Shown here: piece by piece, positions 56,140-64,000 of the stretch
Layout of the letters: each line of letters starts with the position of its first letter
Numbering within the stretch: position 1 is the first letter of the stretch
NCBI GenBank assembly: GCA_036558645.1
Contig: DATBFG010000016.1
Span: 21,537 to 85,536 of the forward strand
Length of the DNA: 64,000 nt
Source: Terriglobales bacterium
GTDB taxonomy: Bacteria > Acidobacteriota > Terriglobia > Terriglobales > Acidobacteriaceae
Direction of reading: 5' to 3'
Notes under the pieces: model-generated
Seen by the model: the letters and a program-made list of their open reading frames with translations, nothing else
What the model was told of the DNA's origin: nothing
Databases searched by the model: none
Position numbers and translations under genes: made by a program

Positions 56140-57534
56140 ATGCGTGTTTGTATGTCCTGCCCCCTGTTGACTTTTGCGTTCGCCCTTGCCCTATCCGGTT
56201 CCGCTTTAGCGGCTACTCCAAAAAATGTGAATGCCAGCAAAACTCACGGCGCTGAAGCCGAGACTGCAATCGCCGTAAACCACGCCAATACTCAGCAAAT
56301 TACTGCGGTTTCAAACCTTAATTCAGGTGTCGGTCTCTACCATGGATGGACGACAGACGGTGGCCAGACCTGGAATCATGATGTCATTGCCGACGGAGAC
56401 AATCTTGGACGCGCCTGCTGCGACGCGCAGTTGGCTGCGGATGATTTCGGCAACATCTTCATGACGTATCTGGACAGCAATATCAACGTACGCATGGCAG
56501 TTTCTACTAACGGTGGTGCCTCCTTTACGCCGCTACAGTTTCTCTCCCCGCGAAGCAGGGCTGTACCGCACTTTGCTTATAAAAGCCTTGCAGCCGCCGG
56601 CAAAGCGGTGGGCGGAGATCAACCGTCGATCGCAGCCGGCGCGGGTAGCGTTTGGATCAGCTGGACTGGTTCAAGTGGGATCATTCAGACCTCAGGCGCA
56701 GCGGTTACGGGGCTCGGCCAGGTCGGCGCCTTCAGCGTTGCAAAGAATCTGCCCGGACCGAACAACAGTGGAGATTACGGAGACACCTCCATCGGTCCGA
56801 GTGGCGAGGTCTTTGTTGTGTATCAGAATCCGACCGGAGGGCAGGGACCTTCTACGGTTTACGGTTCGCTCGACCCGGACGGACTTGGCCCTCAAGGCTT
56901 CGGCACACCCAAGGCCATCCAGACCACCAATGTTGGTGGATTTGATTACATTCCGGCGCAATCCGGGCGCTCGATCGACGTAGAAGCCGGGCTCGCGTGG
57001 GATCGTACTGGCGGCCCACATAATGGACGTCTCTACTTCATCTATGTTTCCGAGGAGCCCCAAGAGAGCAATGATACAGACGTCAATTTGCGCTTTTCGG
57101 ACGATAAAGGCGCTACTTGGAGTCCGTCGGTACGAGTGAACGACGATACAACCTCGACCAGCCAGTTCAATCCCCGAATCTCGCTTGATCCCACCAGCGG
57201 CAACATCGCCGTCGCCTGGTATGACGCTCGCAACGATAAAGGAGATCATGGTCCCGGAGACACCAACGGCGTACCCAACGATGATACGACTGTTTACGCA
57301 ACCATCAGCCGGGATGGCGGAGCAACCTTCTTGCCCAACCGGAGAATCTCCGCTGGGGCTTCCAACGACAACCGGGCTCAGAGCGGAGTCGATTACGGCG
57401 ACTACAGCGGTTTCAACTACTACGGGGGAAATTTTTACTTTGCAGCCGCCGACAACTCCAACTCCACGGGTGACAATCCCGACGGCAAGCTGAGCACCTT
57501 TGATGTGTACGTGGCGCCGGTAAAGGCACAATAA
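56140..57534 (+). CDS. Secreted BNR/Asp-box repeat (sialidase-like beta-propeller) protein
   Basis: Asp-boxes TTDGGQTW, STNGGASF, SDDKGATWS and SRDGGATF. Signal peptide present. AGGAG lies upstream of the ATG at 56140. Confidence 0.75.
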   Translation: MRVCMSCPLLTFAFALALSGSALAATPKNVNASKTHGAEAETAIAVNHANTQQITAVSNLNSGVGLYHGWTTDGGQTWNHDVIADGDNLGRACCDAQLAADDFGNIFMTYLDSNINVRMAVSTNGGASFTPLQFLSPRSRAVPHFAYKSLAAAGKAVGGDQPSIAAGAGSVWISWTGSSGIIQTSGAAVTGLGQVGAFSVAKNLPGPNNSGDYGDTSIGPSGEVFVVYQNPTGGQGPSTVYGSLDPDGLGPQGFGTPKAIQTTNVGGFDYIPAQSGRSIDVEAGLAWDRTGGPHNGRLYFIYVSEEPQESNDTDVNLRFSDDKGATWSPSVRVNDDTTSTSQFNPRISLDPTSGNIAVAWYDARNDKGDHGPGDTNGVPNDDTTVYATISRDGGATFLPNRRISAGASNDNRAQSGVDYGDYSGFNYYGGNFYFAAADNSNSTGDNPDGKLSTFDVYVAPVKAQ

Positions 57535-57558
57535 ACCGATTGCGACTCAGGTTAACGG

Positions 57559-57589
57559 GAGACGCGGCTCGCCGCATCTCTTTTCTTTG
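57559..57589 (+). terminator. Rho-independent terminator (stem with one mismatch)
   Basis: The stem gagacgcg / cgcatctc is followed by TTTTCTTTG, 25 nt after the stop. Confidence 0.55.
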
Positions 57590-57611
57590 CAGCAGCTTTC
57601 TTTGCAGCAGC
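57582..57611 (+). repeat. Perfect tandem duplication, 2 x 15 nt (TTTCTTTGCAGCAGC)
   Basis: Read directly from the sequence. Copy 1 overlaps the terminator T-tract. The repeat lies about 240 nt upstream of the response-regulator start. Confidence 0.8.
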
Positions 57612-57851
57612 CTGTAGCGGCCCGTGGACAAGAGGATATCGCCCGAGACCGTTCTCTAAATCTCCCATCTCCCACAGCTACCCCCACCTGATTTCATCTG
57701 ACTTTAACTTTACGGTCATATTGCCGTAACGAAACTCAGACATATTCCTCGCCAAACGACATTCGCGGTGGGGTGGTGGGACGAACTCCTGCTCCGCACA
57801 GTTGCGATTCGCCGACAAAGTGTTGCCCCAGCGGCGCTTAACCAGAGAACT

Positions 57852-58607
57852 ATGGACCTGATCTTTCTTGTTGAAAGCGACCTTGAGCTTTGCCGGACTC
57901 TGAGTACCTCCTTGGGGCAGGCGCAGTACTCGGTGAACACGTTCTTCACAACAACGGACGTGATCCGCGAAGCCGAATACCTGCGCCCGGCACTCATTAT
58001 TATTGACATAGCGTTACGCTCCGGCAACGGGCTTGAACTCTGCCGCCGCATCCGCCGCAATTCTTTTTTATCCAAAACTCCGCTGATTCTATTGACCTAT
58101 CGATCAAGCGAAAGCGATCGCATCACGGGCTTCGATGCTGGAGCCGACGATTGCATCGCCAAGCCGCTGGCCAACGGAGAATTCCTTGCACGCGTTCAGG
58201 CAGTCTTACGCCGCTATGCGCCGCCTTTTCGCGCATCCTGGGATCCGTCGAAGGACGGCGTCATCCAACTTGGCGAGATTGAGATTGACAGCCTCGCGAT
58301 GCGTTTGTCGGTCCGAGGCACAGATGTAGGTGCCACTACCCTGGAGTTTCGGCTTATCCACCATCTTGCGCGTCACCAAGGCCGGGTCTTTACTCGTGAC
58401 GAATTGCTTGACGCAGTTTGGGGAAATACAGAATTCGTCACGCCACGCAGCGTCGACACTTGCGTGCGCCGCATCCGCAAGAAGATGGAAGTAGGAAACG
58501 GAAGCGCCTTTCAGTTGAAGACGGTGCGCGGGGTCGGCTACCGTCTCGATGCTCCTGGCGCCGCTTACTCCCATGACCGGAATGACTCCAGTTCTGGCGG
58601 TTATTGA
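57852..58607 (+). CDS. OmpR/PhoB-family response regulator (receiver + winged-helix)
   Basis: Receiver residues are present (ESD, IIIDI, LLT, AKP). The C-terminal LEFRLIHHLARHQGRVFTRDELLDAVWG...RSVDTCVRRIRKK is a Trans_reg_C-like domain. I prefer the ATG at 57852 to the ORF-track start at 57768. Confidence 0.85.
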   Translation: MDLIFLVESDLELCRTLSTSLGQAQYSVNTFFTTTDVIREAEYLRPALIIIDIALRSGNGLELCRRIRRNSFLSKTPLILLTYRSSESDRITGFDAGADDCIAKPLANGEFLARVQAVLRRYAPPFRASWDPSKDGVIQLGEIEIDSLAMRLSVRGTDVGATTLEFRLIHHLARHQGRVFTRDELLDAVWGNTEFVTPRSVDTCVRRIRKKMEVGNGSAFQLKTVRGVGYRLDAPGAAYSHDRNDSSSGGY

Positions 58608-59617
58608 CTCGCTGCGGCGCTCGATCCCTGCGTCGGTAATTCGCGAACTTGGTTCTTGATCCAGTCTAATTCCCTGCCGCTTTGTATAAGCGCATTGAAG
58701 TCCTCAACTGTCGGATAGATCACAACTGTTCCAGCTTGCGGAACGGCTGCCCGCAACTTCTCCTTCGCCGACTTCGGCGTGTTTGTCTCGAAAATCGCAT
58801 CCTGCAGGCGAAATTTTCTGGCTTGGATTTTCGGCAGCCAGTCGATGGGCTCGAGTCCCGCAACTTTCCTCAGGAACTCCGGCTTTACGAAGTCGGCACG
58901 CTCATCTTCCGGAATGATCGGCGAGTCTTTCATCCATGCAGGCCAATCTCCCCAGGGATCGAGCGCATCCAGCACCTTTATGCGCGGCTCCACAGCCGAT
59001 GTAAGAATCCCGATGCTTGCTCCCGAACCTTGGCTGAACATCCCAACGCGATCCGTATCGAGATCACTCCGCTTGTCTAGGTAGTCCAACACCATTTGTA
59101 CATCGTGAGCGGAAGTCGTGAGACACTCCTGCAGCTCGCTGATGAACCATTCCTTCATGGGTCGATCGTGATAGCGATGGCCTGTGAGCGCTGAGAGAAA
59201 CCCCACGGCAGCAAAACCATCTTTGGTCACGGAACGCTGGAAGTTCTCATCCTTGAAGCGGTCGGTCTCCGAAGGAAATCCGTAGAGATAGAGGATCACG
59301 GGTGGCTTTGTCACTCCCTTCGGTTTGAGCACATAAACATCGACCGGATCACCGAAACGCCACTGCAACTGGACCAATTCCTCCGTGTACTGTTCGTGAT
59401 CATTTTTGAAGCCGACGAGCGGCGGAGCCGGCATGAGCTTGCTGCCGCGTAACGATGGTGACGTCAAGTCCTCGATCGCCCCTTTGAATCGAGTGTCGGC
59501 AGGATCAGCAATCGGCGGCGATGCCGGATTCAGTTGGGCATGACTTTCACCCAGCAGGACCAGCGGAATCCCTAAGACCCATATTTTGAAGATAGCTCGT
59601 AAGAAATGTGCCTGCAT
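58601..59617 (-). CDS. Secreted alpha/beta-hydrolase-fold protein
   Basis: Signal peptide MQAHFLRAIFKIWVLGIPLVLLGESHAQ. GASIG forms a G-x-S-x-G nucleophile-elbow candidate. Lengths and spacing fit a dienelactone-hydrolase/esterase-like fold; the family is not resolved. Confidence 0.55.
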   Translation of the reverse strand: MQAHFLRAIFKIWVLGIPLVLLGESHAQLNPASPPIADPADTRFKGAIEDLTSPSLRGSKLMPAPPLVGFKNDHEQYTEELVQLQWRFGDPVDVYVLKPKGVTKPPVILYLYGFPSETDRFKDENFQRSVTKDGFAAVGFLSALTGHRYHDRPMKEWFISELQECLTTSAHDVQMVLDYLDKRSDLDTDRVGMFSQGSGASIGILTSAVEPRIKVLDALDPWGDWPAWMKDSPIIPEDERADFVKPEFLRKVAGLEPIDWLPKIQARKFRLQDAIFETNTPKSAKEKLRAAVPQAGTVVIYPTVEDFNALIQSGRELDWIKNQVRELPTQGSSAAASQ

Positions 59618-59709
59618 TCTACTCCCCGTTATCGAGTCAAAGCACACAGCAATGGGGCGAATCGCTTTCGCGGTCCGCCCCACTCTGTTGCGTCTGGCTG
59701 TAAATCAAA

Positions 59710-61452
59710 CTACGGGACAAGCACGCAAGCTGAACCAGGGAACGTCTGGGCCAGCTTGGTGGTTGTGTCGGATGTGATGGACTGCCCACTGCTGTGAAGG
59801 ACGCAACCACCCATGTCGCCTCCCTTGTCGCCCGCACCAGCGATATTTGTTGGCGGTACACCTGACTGTGTGTAGTGCGATCGCAGCAGCTTCAAGCCCG
59901 GATCTGCAGGATTGCCATTTACTGCGAGTGCAGGAATGAAATCCGGCACTGTGGTGACGTTGTACTTTTGTGAGCCAAGCACCAGGTTACGGACGTCCGG
60001 CAAAGGCGCACCGTTAGTGACTACACGCAGGACCGACCATGCCCGATACTGTCCGTTGCGAACGTTCGGGAACGACAGGTTGCCGCTCCAGATCTTGTTC
60101 TCAGCGCATGGAAAGTCAGCAGCGCAGGCAGCCGGCAGATTCGCAGCGCCAGGTAGCATACCCGCCGTCGTGGGTTGACCAGGATCCAGCGTCGTTCCGT
60201 ATTTGTGGAAAATCGGATCGATACCATTCAGCTGTAAATAACCGTATGCGGCATTGTTGGCGATGGTGCTTACGTTTCCATAGCTGAAGAACGCATAACC
60301 AATGCCATCATGGCCGTTATTAACGTTTGAGTTCAACACCGACTTGACTTCTTCGCCGGTGCCGATCGCACGGTAGCGGTTGCCTCCAGCCGTGCAAGGC
60401 TTCGCCGCCAGCGGATTCATCGCAGCGACACCAGTTTCCTGGCTCTTGCCGGAGACATCGGGATAACGGAACACGCTTGCCTCGGTCGTGTTCATCGTTC
60501 CGGAAAGCGGCTCGCGCAGGTATGCTTCGATCACGCCAGCCGGTGCGCCAAACACACTCGCATCGCAGTTTGCCCCAGAGAACACAGTCTGAACTTGACT
60601 ATCCGTAGCGTTGGTGACTGATGCCAGCGCACCTGTTCGGTTGGTGATAAACACGATAGGCGAGGCGCCTACCGAGATGGTTGACGCGACAGGAATGGTT
60701 GTATTCGTGAACGGATCCCTTCCTAGAATGGCAAAGGCGACGTTATTTGCCGAAGCCGTGCTTGCGGGATATCCGCTGAGAATCGCGCTACCCACAAGGT
60801 TGGCCAGCGGACTCGCAAAGGTTGGGCATACGCCGGAGGCATTCCCGCCATATCCCAAGCCCTTCAAACTATCCGTTCCCCCGCCGAGCGTCGAGTTGGA
60901 GCGGCACTGTGCGAACAAGGCGTCCTCGGGACGAATGTCCGTAGCAGCGGTATTAACTTGCACCCCGGCGGTGAACAGGGCCTGTACGGCTGCTGGAGGA
61001 AGAGTATCGGAAGTGCTGTCGCCCCAAAGCTTGCTGCTGATCTGGTTACCGGCAGCAGGAAAGGTCGCTACGTTGATGTTGCAGTGTGGCTGCGCGAAAT
61101 AGCAGCGATTTCCGACTACCGAGTCAACCTTGATGTACGCCCACACATTGGGGCCTGCGCTGCTATCCCACACGATCCAGACAGCGCCGGTGTCAGTGAC
61201 GTTGGATCCGCCCTTTGATGGCGGCCGGGTATCGGTCAGATTGAAGTTCGAACCGCTGGTGTAGTGGAAACATGGTGCGGTTCCACCAGTGACACACGCA
61301 TTGTTGTTGTATGCCGCCAATGCCATCGATTGCCACATGGCGGACGAGCCTGAGATCACTACTTTTGCAGCGGCCGCCGCGTGCGCAACCGGCGCAAGGA
61401 CCACGCTCACGGCCAACAGCAGCACCGCGAACATTATTGTCAAGCGGGACAT
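59710..61452 (-). CDS. Secreted Cys-rich protein with PstS-like (PBP_like_2) periplasmic-binding-fold signatures
   Basis: Signal peptide, then KVVISGSSAM, LREPLSGTMNTTE and GIGYAFFSY, which resemble the PstS-family motifs (GSS..., R..SGT, GY..(F/Y)). Large insertions and 12 Cys. The family call is tentative. Confidence 0.4.
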   Translation of the reverse strand: MSRLTIMFAVLLLAVSVVLAPVAHAAAAAKVVISGSSAMWQSMALAAYNNNACVTGGTAPCFHYTSGSNFNLTDTRPPSKGGSNVTDTGAVWIVWDSSAGPNVWAYIKVDSVVGNRCYFAQPHCNINVATFPAAGNQISSKLWGDSTSDTLPPAAVQALFTAGVQVNTAATDIRPEDALFAQCRSNSTLGGGTDSLKGLGYGGNASGVCPTFASPLANLVGSAILSGYPASTASANNVAFAILGRDPFTNTTIPVASTISVGASPIVFITNRTGALASVTNATDSQVQTVFSGANCDASVFGAPAGVIEAYLREPLSGTMNTTEASVFRYPDVSGKSQETGVAAMNPLAAKPCTAGGNRYRAIGTGEEVKSVLNSNVNNGHDGIGYAFFSYGNVSTIANNAAYGYLQLNGIDPIFHKYGTTLDPGQPTTAGMLPGAANLPAACAADFPCAENKIWSGNLSFPNVRNGQYRAWSVLRVVTNGAPLPDVRNLVLGSQKYNVTTVPDFIPALAVNGNPADPGLKLLRSHYTQSGVPPTNIAGAGDKGGDMGGCVLHSSGQSITSDTTTKLAQTFPGSACVLVP

Positions 61453-61834
61453 AGGTGTTCCTTTCTAGGTTTAAGTGGAAACACACGAGCAGCCTCGCAC
61501 TGCCCGTAGGACTTCAATTCTTGCTGGCCCACGCCTCACTGTCCGGAGGGTGAGAGATCTTCTGTCACCCAGCGCGAATCAGGCGACACACTTTCACCGA
61601 ACCAAACTTCTTAAGTTTTCGGCGGGTGGATACTAGCGGATTAGCAGTGTCTACCTCGTGACCGTTGTGTTAAAAGTCTGCGAATTCCTGAGTACCTGAA
61701 CCTGATTTAGCGCAGCCTTTCACAAGACCGCCAAACTTTCTTTTCACAGTTCTTTAACACTACAGCCACAAACGACCTGTAGAATCCGACGCGTTTTCAG
61801 CCTTCCAATAAAAATCAAATCCTGGAGTGTACGC

Positions 61835-64000
61835 GTGCCGTTTGTTCCTGCTAGGGGAGCTGTTCGCGGTGTATGTGTCTTCGCCTCGCTATGGCTCGCC
61901 TTGTCGATGGCGCTCGGCCAGCAAACTCCCGTAGCGAGTACCGGCGCCGTTATCAGTGGAACGGTCGCCGATCAGACCCAGGCAGTCGTGACTGGCGCAA
62001 AGGTGATGCTTAGAGATGCCGCCGGCGCTCAGCAGGAAACCGAAACAAACGACAAGGGTTCCTACACCTTTCGCAGCCTGAGGCCGGGTACTTATACCCT
62101 GACCGTGACTGCACCGAACTTTGCGGATCAGGTCCTCGATAATATCGCGGTCACGGAAGGCCTCGAACTAGCCCTCGATGTCACCTTGCTTCCGGCCAGC
62201 GCGAAGACCGAGGTCAACGTTCAGTCGAGCGGCGTCGGCCAAGTCGAAACTGAGACATCAACCGTATCGGGAACCATCACCCAGCAGGAAGTGGTCAAGA
62301 TAGGTTTGAATGGACGCAATTTCACTCAGCTAATCGCTCTCGCACCCGGCGTAAGTAACCAGACTGGCCAGGACGAAGCCAAAGTAGGAGTGGTAGGCAG
62401 CGTCAAGTACAGCGTCAATGGGGGACGAGTCGAATACAACACGTTCGAAGTCGACGGAACCGACGTACTCAACACCGGACTGAATGGCGCAGCCAGCACG
62501 CTGATGGTTTATCCCAGCCTCGACGCGATTCAGGAGGTAAAGGTCCTAACATCGAACTATGGAGCTCAGTACGGGCGTACGGCTTCAGGGACAGTACAGG
62601 TCACAACTAAATCAGGGACGAATAGCTTCCACGGCAATCTCTATGAATTTATCCGCAACGAGGCGTTTAACTCGCGCAATTTCTTCGATGTGACCGATCA
62701 TGCTCCGCTCTACCGTAGACATGATTTCGGTGGAACTATCGGTGGTCCTGTATTCATTCCCGGCCTTTACAATACAAAGAAAGACAAAACATTCTTCTTC
62801 TTTTCCGAAGAATTTCGCCTGGAAAAAACTCCCACCGATTACAACCAGGCTGTACCGTCATTGAAAGAACGCGGCCTAATCATGACCGCTGACGGAGTCC
62901 GTCAAAATCTCAGCCAACCTAACTCTGATGGACTGGTCTATCAGATATTCGATTTCAGCGATGTCTGTCCAATCCCAGGCACTGCGGACGCGGCTGCATT
63001 TGATCGGCAAAAGTTTCCAGATTGTCCTTCGCAGGACAGCGGCACCAAGCGCCTTCGCCCGTTCCCGAATAACCAACTGCTAGTGCCACAGGTCAATGGC
63101 GTGGCTTCTCCTTACGGCGTCGACAAGAATGCCCTGGCAATTCTCAATGCGAACCTGATTCCCATGCCCAATTCGCCTTTTGGGTGCAATTACCATTTGC
63201 CACTATTCGGCCCTTTCCAGGTTGATCCCGCGGATCCGAACCATTGTTACGATGCCGCCGTCTCGCCATCCACTTACTGGCGTGAAGAGTTGTTTCGTAT
63301 TGACCACAACATCTCGCCGGCGCTAAAGGCTTCTTTCCGGTATATCCATGACGCATGGGACACGACTGTACTCACGCCACAATGGGGCTTCGTTCGCAAT
63401 ACGTTCCCAAGCATTCAGAACCGCTTCGTCGGCCCCGGAACCAGTCTGGTAGCTCGTTTAACACAAACGATTTCTCCCTCCTTGGTGAATGATCTCGTTC
63501 TGAGCTATGACAATTCGACCATCACTCTGGTGAACCAGAATGGACCAGGCAACGCGCAGTTCCAACGAGATCCGTCTATTGATCAACCGCTCGTTGTGGA
63601 CCCGAATAATCCGGGGCAGTGCAATCCAGCGATCAGCATCGATCCGGTCAGTGGCATCCCGCAGTGTGGAATTGGTTATCTCTTGAATAATGGATTCGGC
63701 GGCAAGATGCCTGGAATTCAGTTTCTTGGCACGAATGCCGCTTACGGCGGACGAGGCTTCGCGGTCGATCCTTCCTACATGCCATGGAGTCACACCAACC
63801 CCACTTACGCAATTCGTGATGATGTCGGCAAACAGATTGGCAAACACACACTGACCTTTGGCGGTCAATTCATTGTCGCCCAGCGAAACCAGACGAATAA
63901 TGCAATTGGCGCGGCGTCTGGCGACCTTCAAGGTTTGTTGACGTTTGAAAATCTGGCGCACAGTACTGGAAACGCCTTTGCCGATTTCTTAGTTCAGAAG
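61835..64000 (+). CDS. TonB-dependent-receptor-like outer-membrane barrel with an N-terminal CarboxypepD_reg domain, 5' part (runs off the right edge; absent from the ORF track)
   Basis: My own translation from GTG 61835 (GGAG 7 nt upstream) gives VPFVPARGAVRGVCVFASLWLALSMALGQ..., then GAVISGTVADQTQAVVTGAKVML...GTYTLTVTAPNFAD, then GLNGRNFTQLIALAPGV and KSGTNSFHGNLYEFIRNEAFNSRNFFD. The frame appears open to nt 64000 (722 codons). Confidence 0.8.
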   Translation, partial: MPFVPARGAVRGVCVFASLWLALSMALGQQTPVASTGAVISGTVADQTQAVVTGAKVMLRDAAGAQQETETNDKGSYTFRSLRPGTYTLTVTAPNFADQVLDNIAVTEGLELALDVTLLPASAKTEVNVQSSGVGQVETETSTVSGTITQQEVVKIGLNGRNFTQLIALAPGVSNQTGQDEAKVGVVGSVKYSVNGGRVEYNTFEVDGTDVLNTGLNGAASTLMVYPSLDAIQEVKVLTSNYGAQYGRTASGTVQVTTKSGTNSFHGNLYEFIRNEAFNSRNFFDVTDHAPLYRRHDFGGTIGGPVFIPGLYNTKKDKTFFFFSEEFRLEKTPTDYNQAVPSLKERGLIMTADGVRQNLSQPNSDGLVYQIFDFSDVCPIPGTADAAAFDRQKFPDCPSQDSGTKRLRPFPNNQLLVPQVNGVASPYGVDKNALAILNANLIPMPNSPFGCNYHLPLFGPFQVDPADPNHCYDAAVSPSTYWREELFRIDHNISPALKASFRYIHDAWDTTVLTPQWGFVRNTFPSIQNRFVGPGTSLVARLTQTISPSLVNDLVLSYDNSTITLVNQNGPGNAQFQRDPSIDQPLVVDPNNPGQCNPAISIDPVSGIPQCGIGYLLNNGFGGKMPGIQFLGTNAAYGGRGFAVDPSYMPWSHTNPTYAIRDDVGKQIGKHTLTFGGQFIVAQRNQTNNAIGAASGDLQGLLTFENLAHSTGNAFADFLVQK

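Noticed and set aside
1-64000. Search for mobile elements, CRISPR arrays, rRNA/tRNA genes, and defence or toxin-antitoxin modules
   Set aside because: I saw no transposase, integrase or recombinase-like ORF and no repeat-spacer array. I saw no long terminal inverted or direct repeats and no tRNA-like cloverleaf in the intergenic regions. I scanned by eye only, so short or degenerate elements could have been missed.

Overview
This 64 kb window is gene-dense chromosomal DNA. By gene content it looks like an Acidobacteriota (Terriglobia-like) genome, which is an inference, not a search result. I support 37 protein-coding genes. I found no rRNA, tRNA, CRISPR array, transposase or integrase.

Layout, left to right:
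- 1-2909: the edge of an exosortase/PEP-CTERM locus (EpsI, then a PrsT-like TPR lipoprotein).
- 2932-6126: a large BNR/sortilin-like beta-propeller protein.
- 6354-7484: two convergent small coiled-coil/basic proteins, then about 650 bp with no ORF.
- 7542-14427: two phospholipase C/acid-phosphatase-family phosphoesterases flanking a Cys-rich lipoprotein. The second phosphoesterase is a 1237-aa fusion carrying Ig-like and FG-GAP/VCBS modules.
- 14495-24153: a glycan/secondary-metabolite-like locus (details below).
- 25317-37455: a SusD-less, PUL-like minus-strand run of three CarboxypepD_reg TonB-dependent-receptor-like barrels and a discoidin-domain glycoside-hydrolase-like gene.
- 37736-45853: a TPR + CRTAC1/ASPIC pair, a fourth barrel, and a CarboxypepD_reg-TPR protein.
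- 45866-51894: three paralogous sulfatase-fold + TPR proteins whose FGly motif C-x-P-x-R is replaced by T-x-P/T-S-H.
- 51895-61452: DinB, an OB-fold-like lipoprotein, a YVTN propeller, a multicopper oxidase, a BNR sialidase-like protein, an orphan OmpR-type response regulator, an alpha/beta hydrolase and a PstS-like protein.
- 61835-64000: a fifth barrel running off the right edge. The ORF track omits it because it has no stop in the window.

The most interesting signal is the 14495-24153 locus. It holds GDP-fucose genes, a GT26 and a sulfotransferase. Next to them is a tightly coupled operon: a ROK sugar kinase fused to a DHQS-like sugar-phosphate cyclase, then an MDR dehydrogenase, an SDR and a GT4. 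This gene set mirrors the early C7-cyclitol steps of acarbose and validamycin biosynthesis (AcbC/M/L/N, ValA/C/N). That resemblance rests on motifs and gene context only and needs HMM, phylogenetic and biochemical confirmation.

Start codons are my best choice from SD-like sequences and signal peptides, and several are uncertain.
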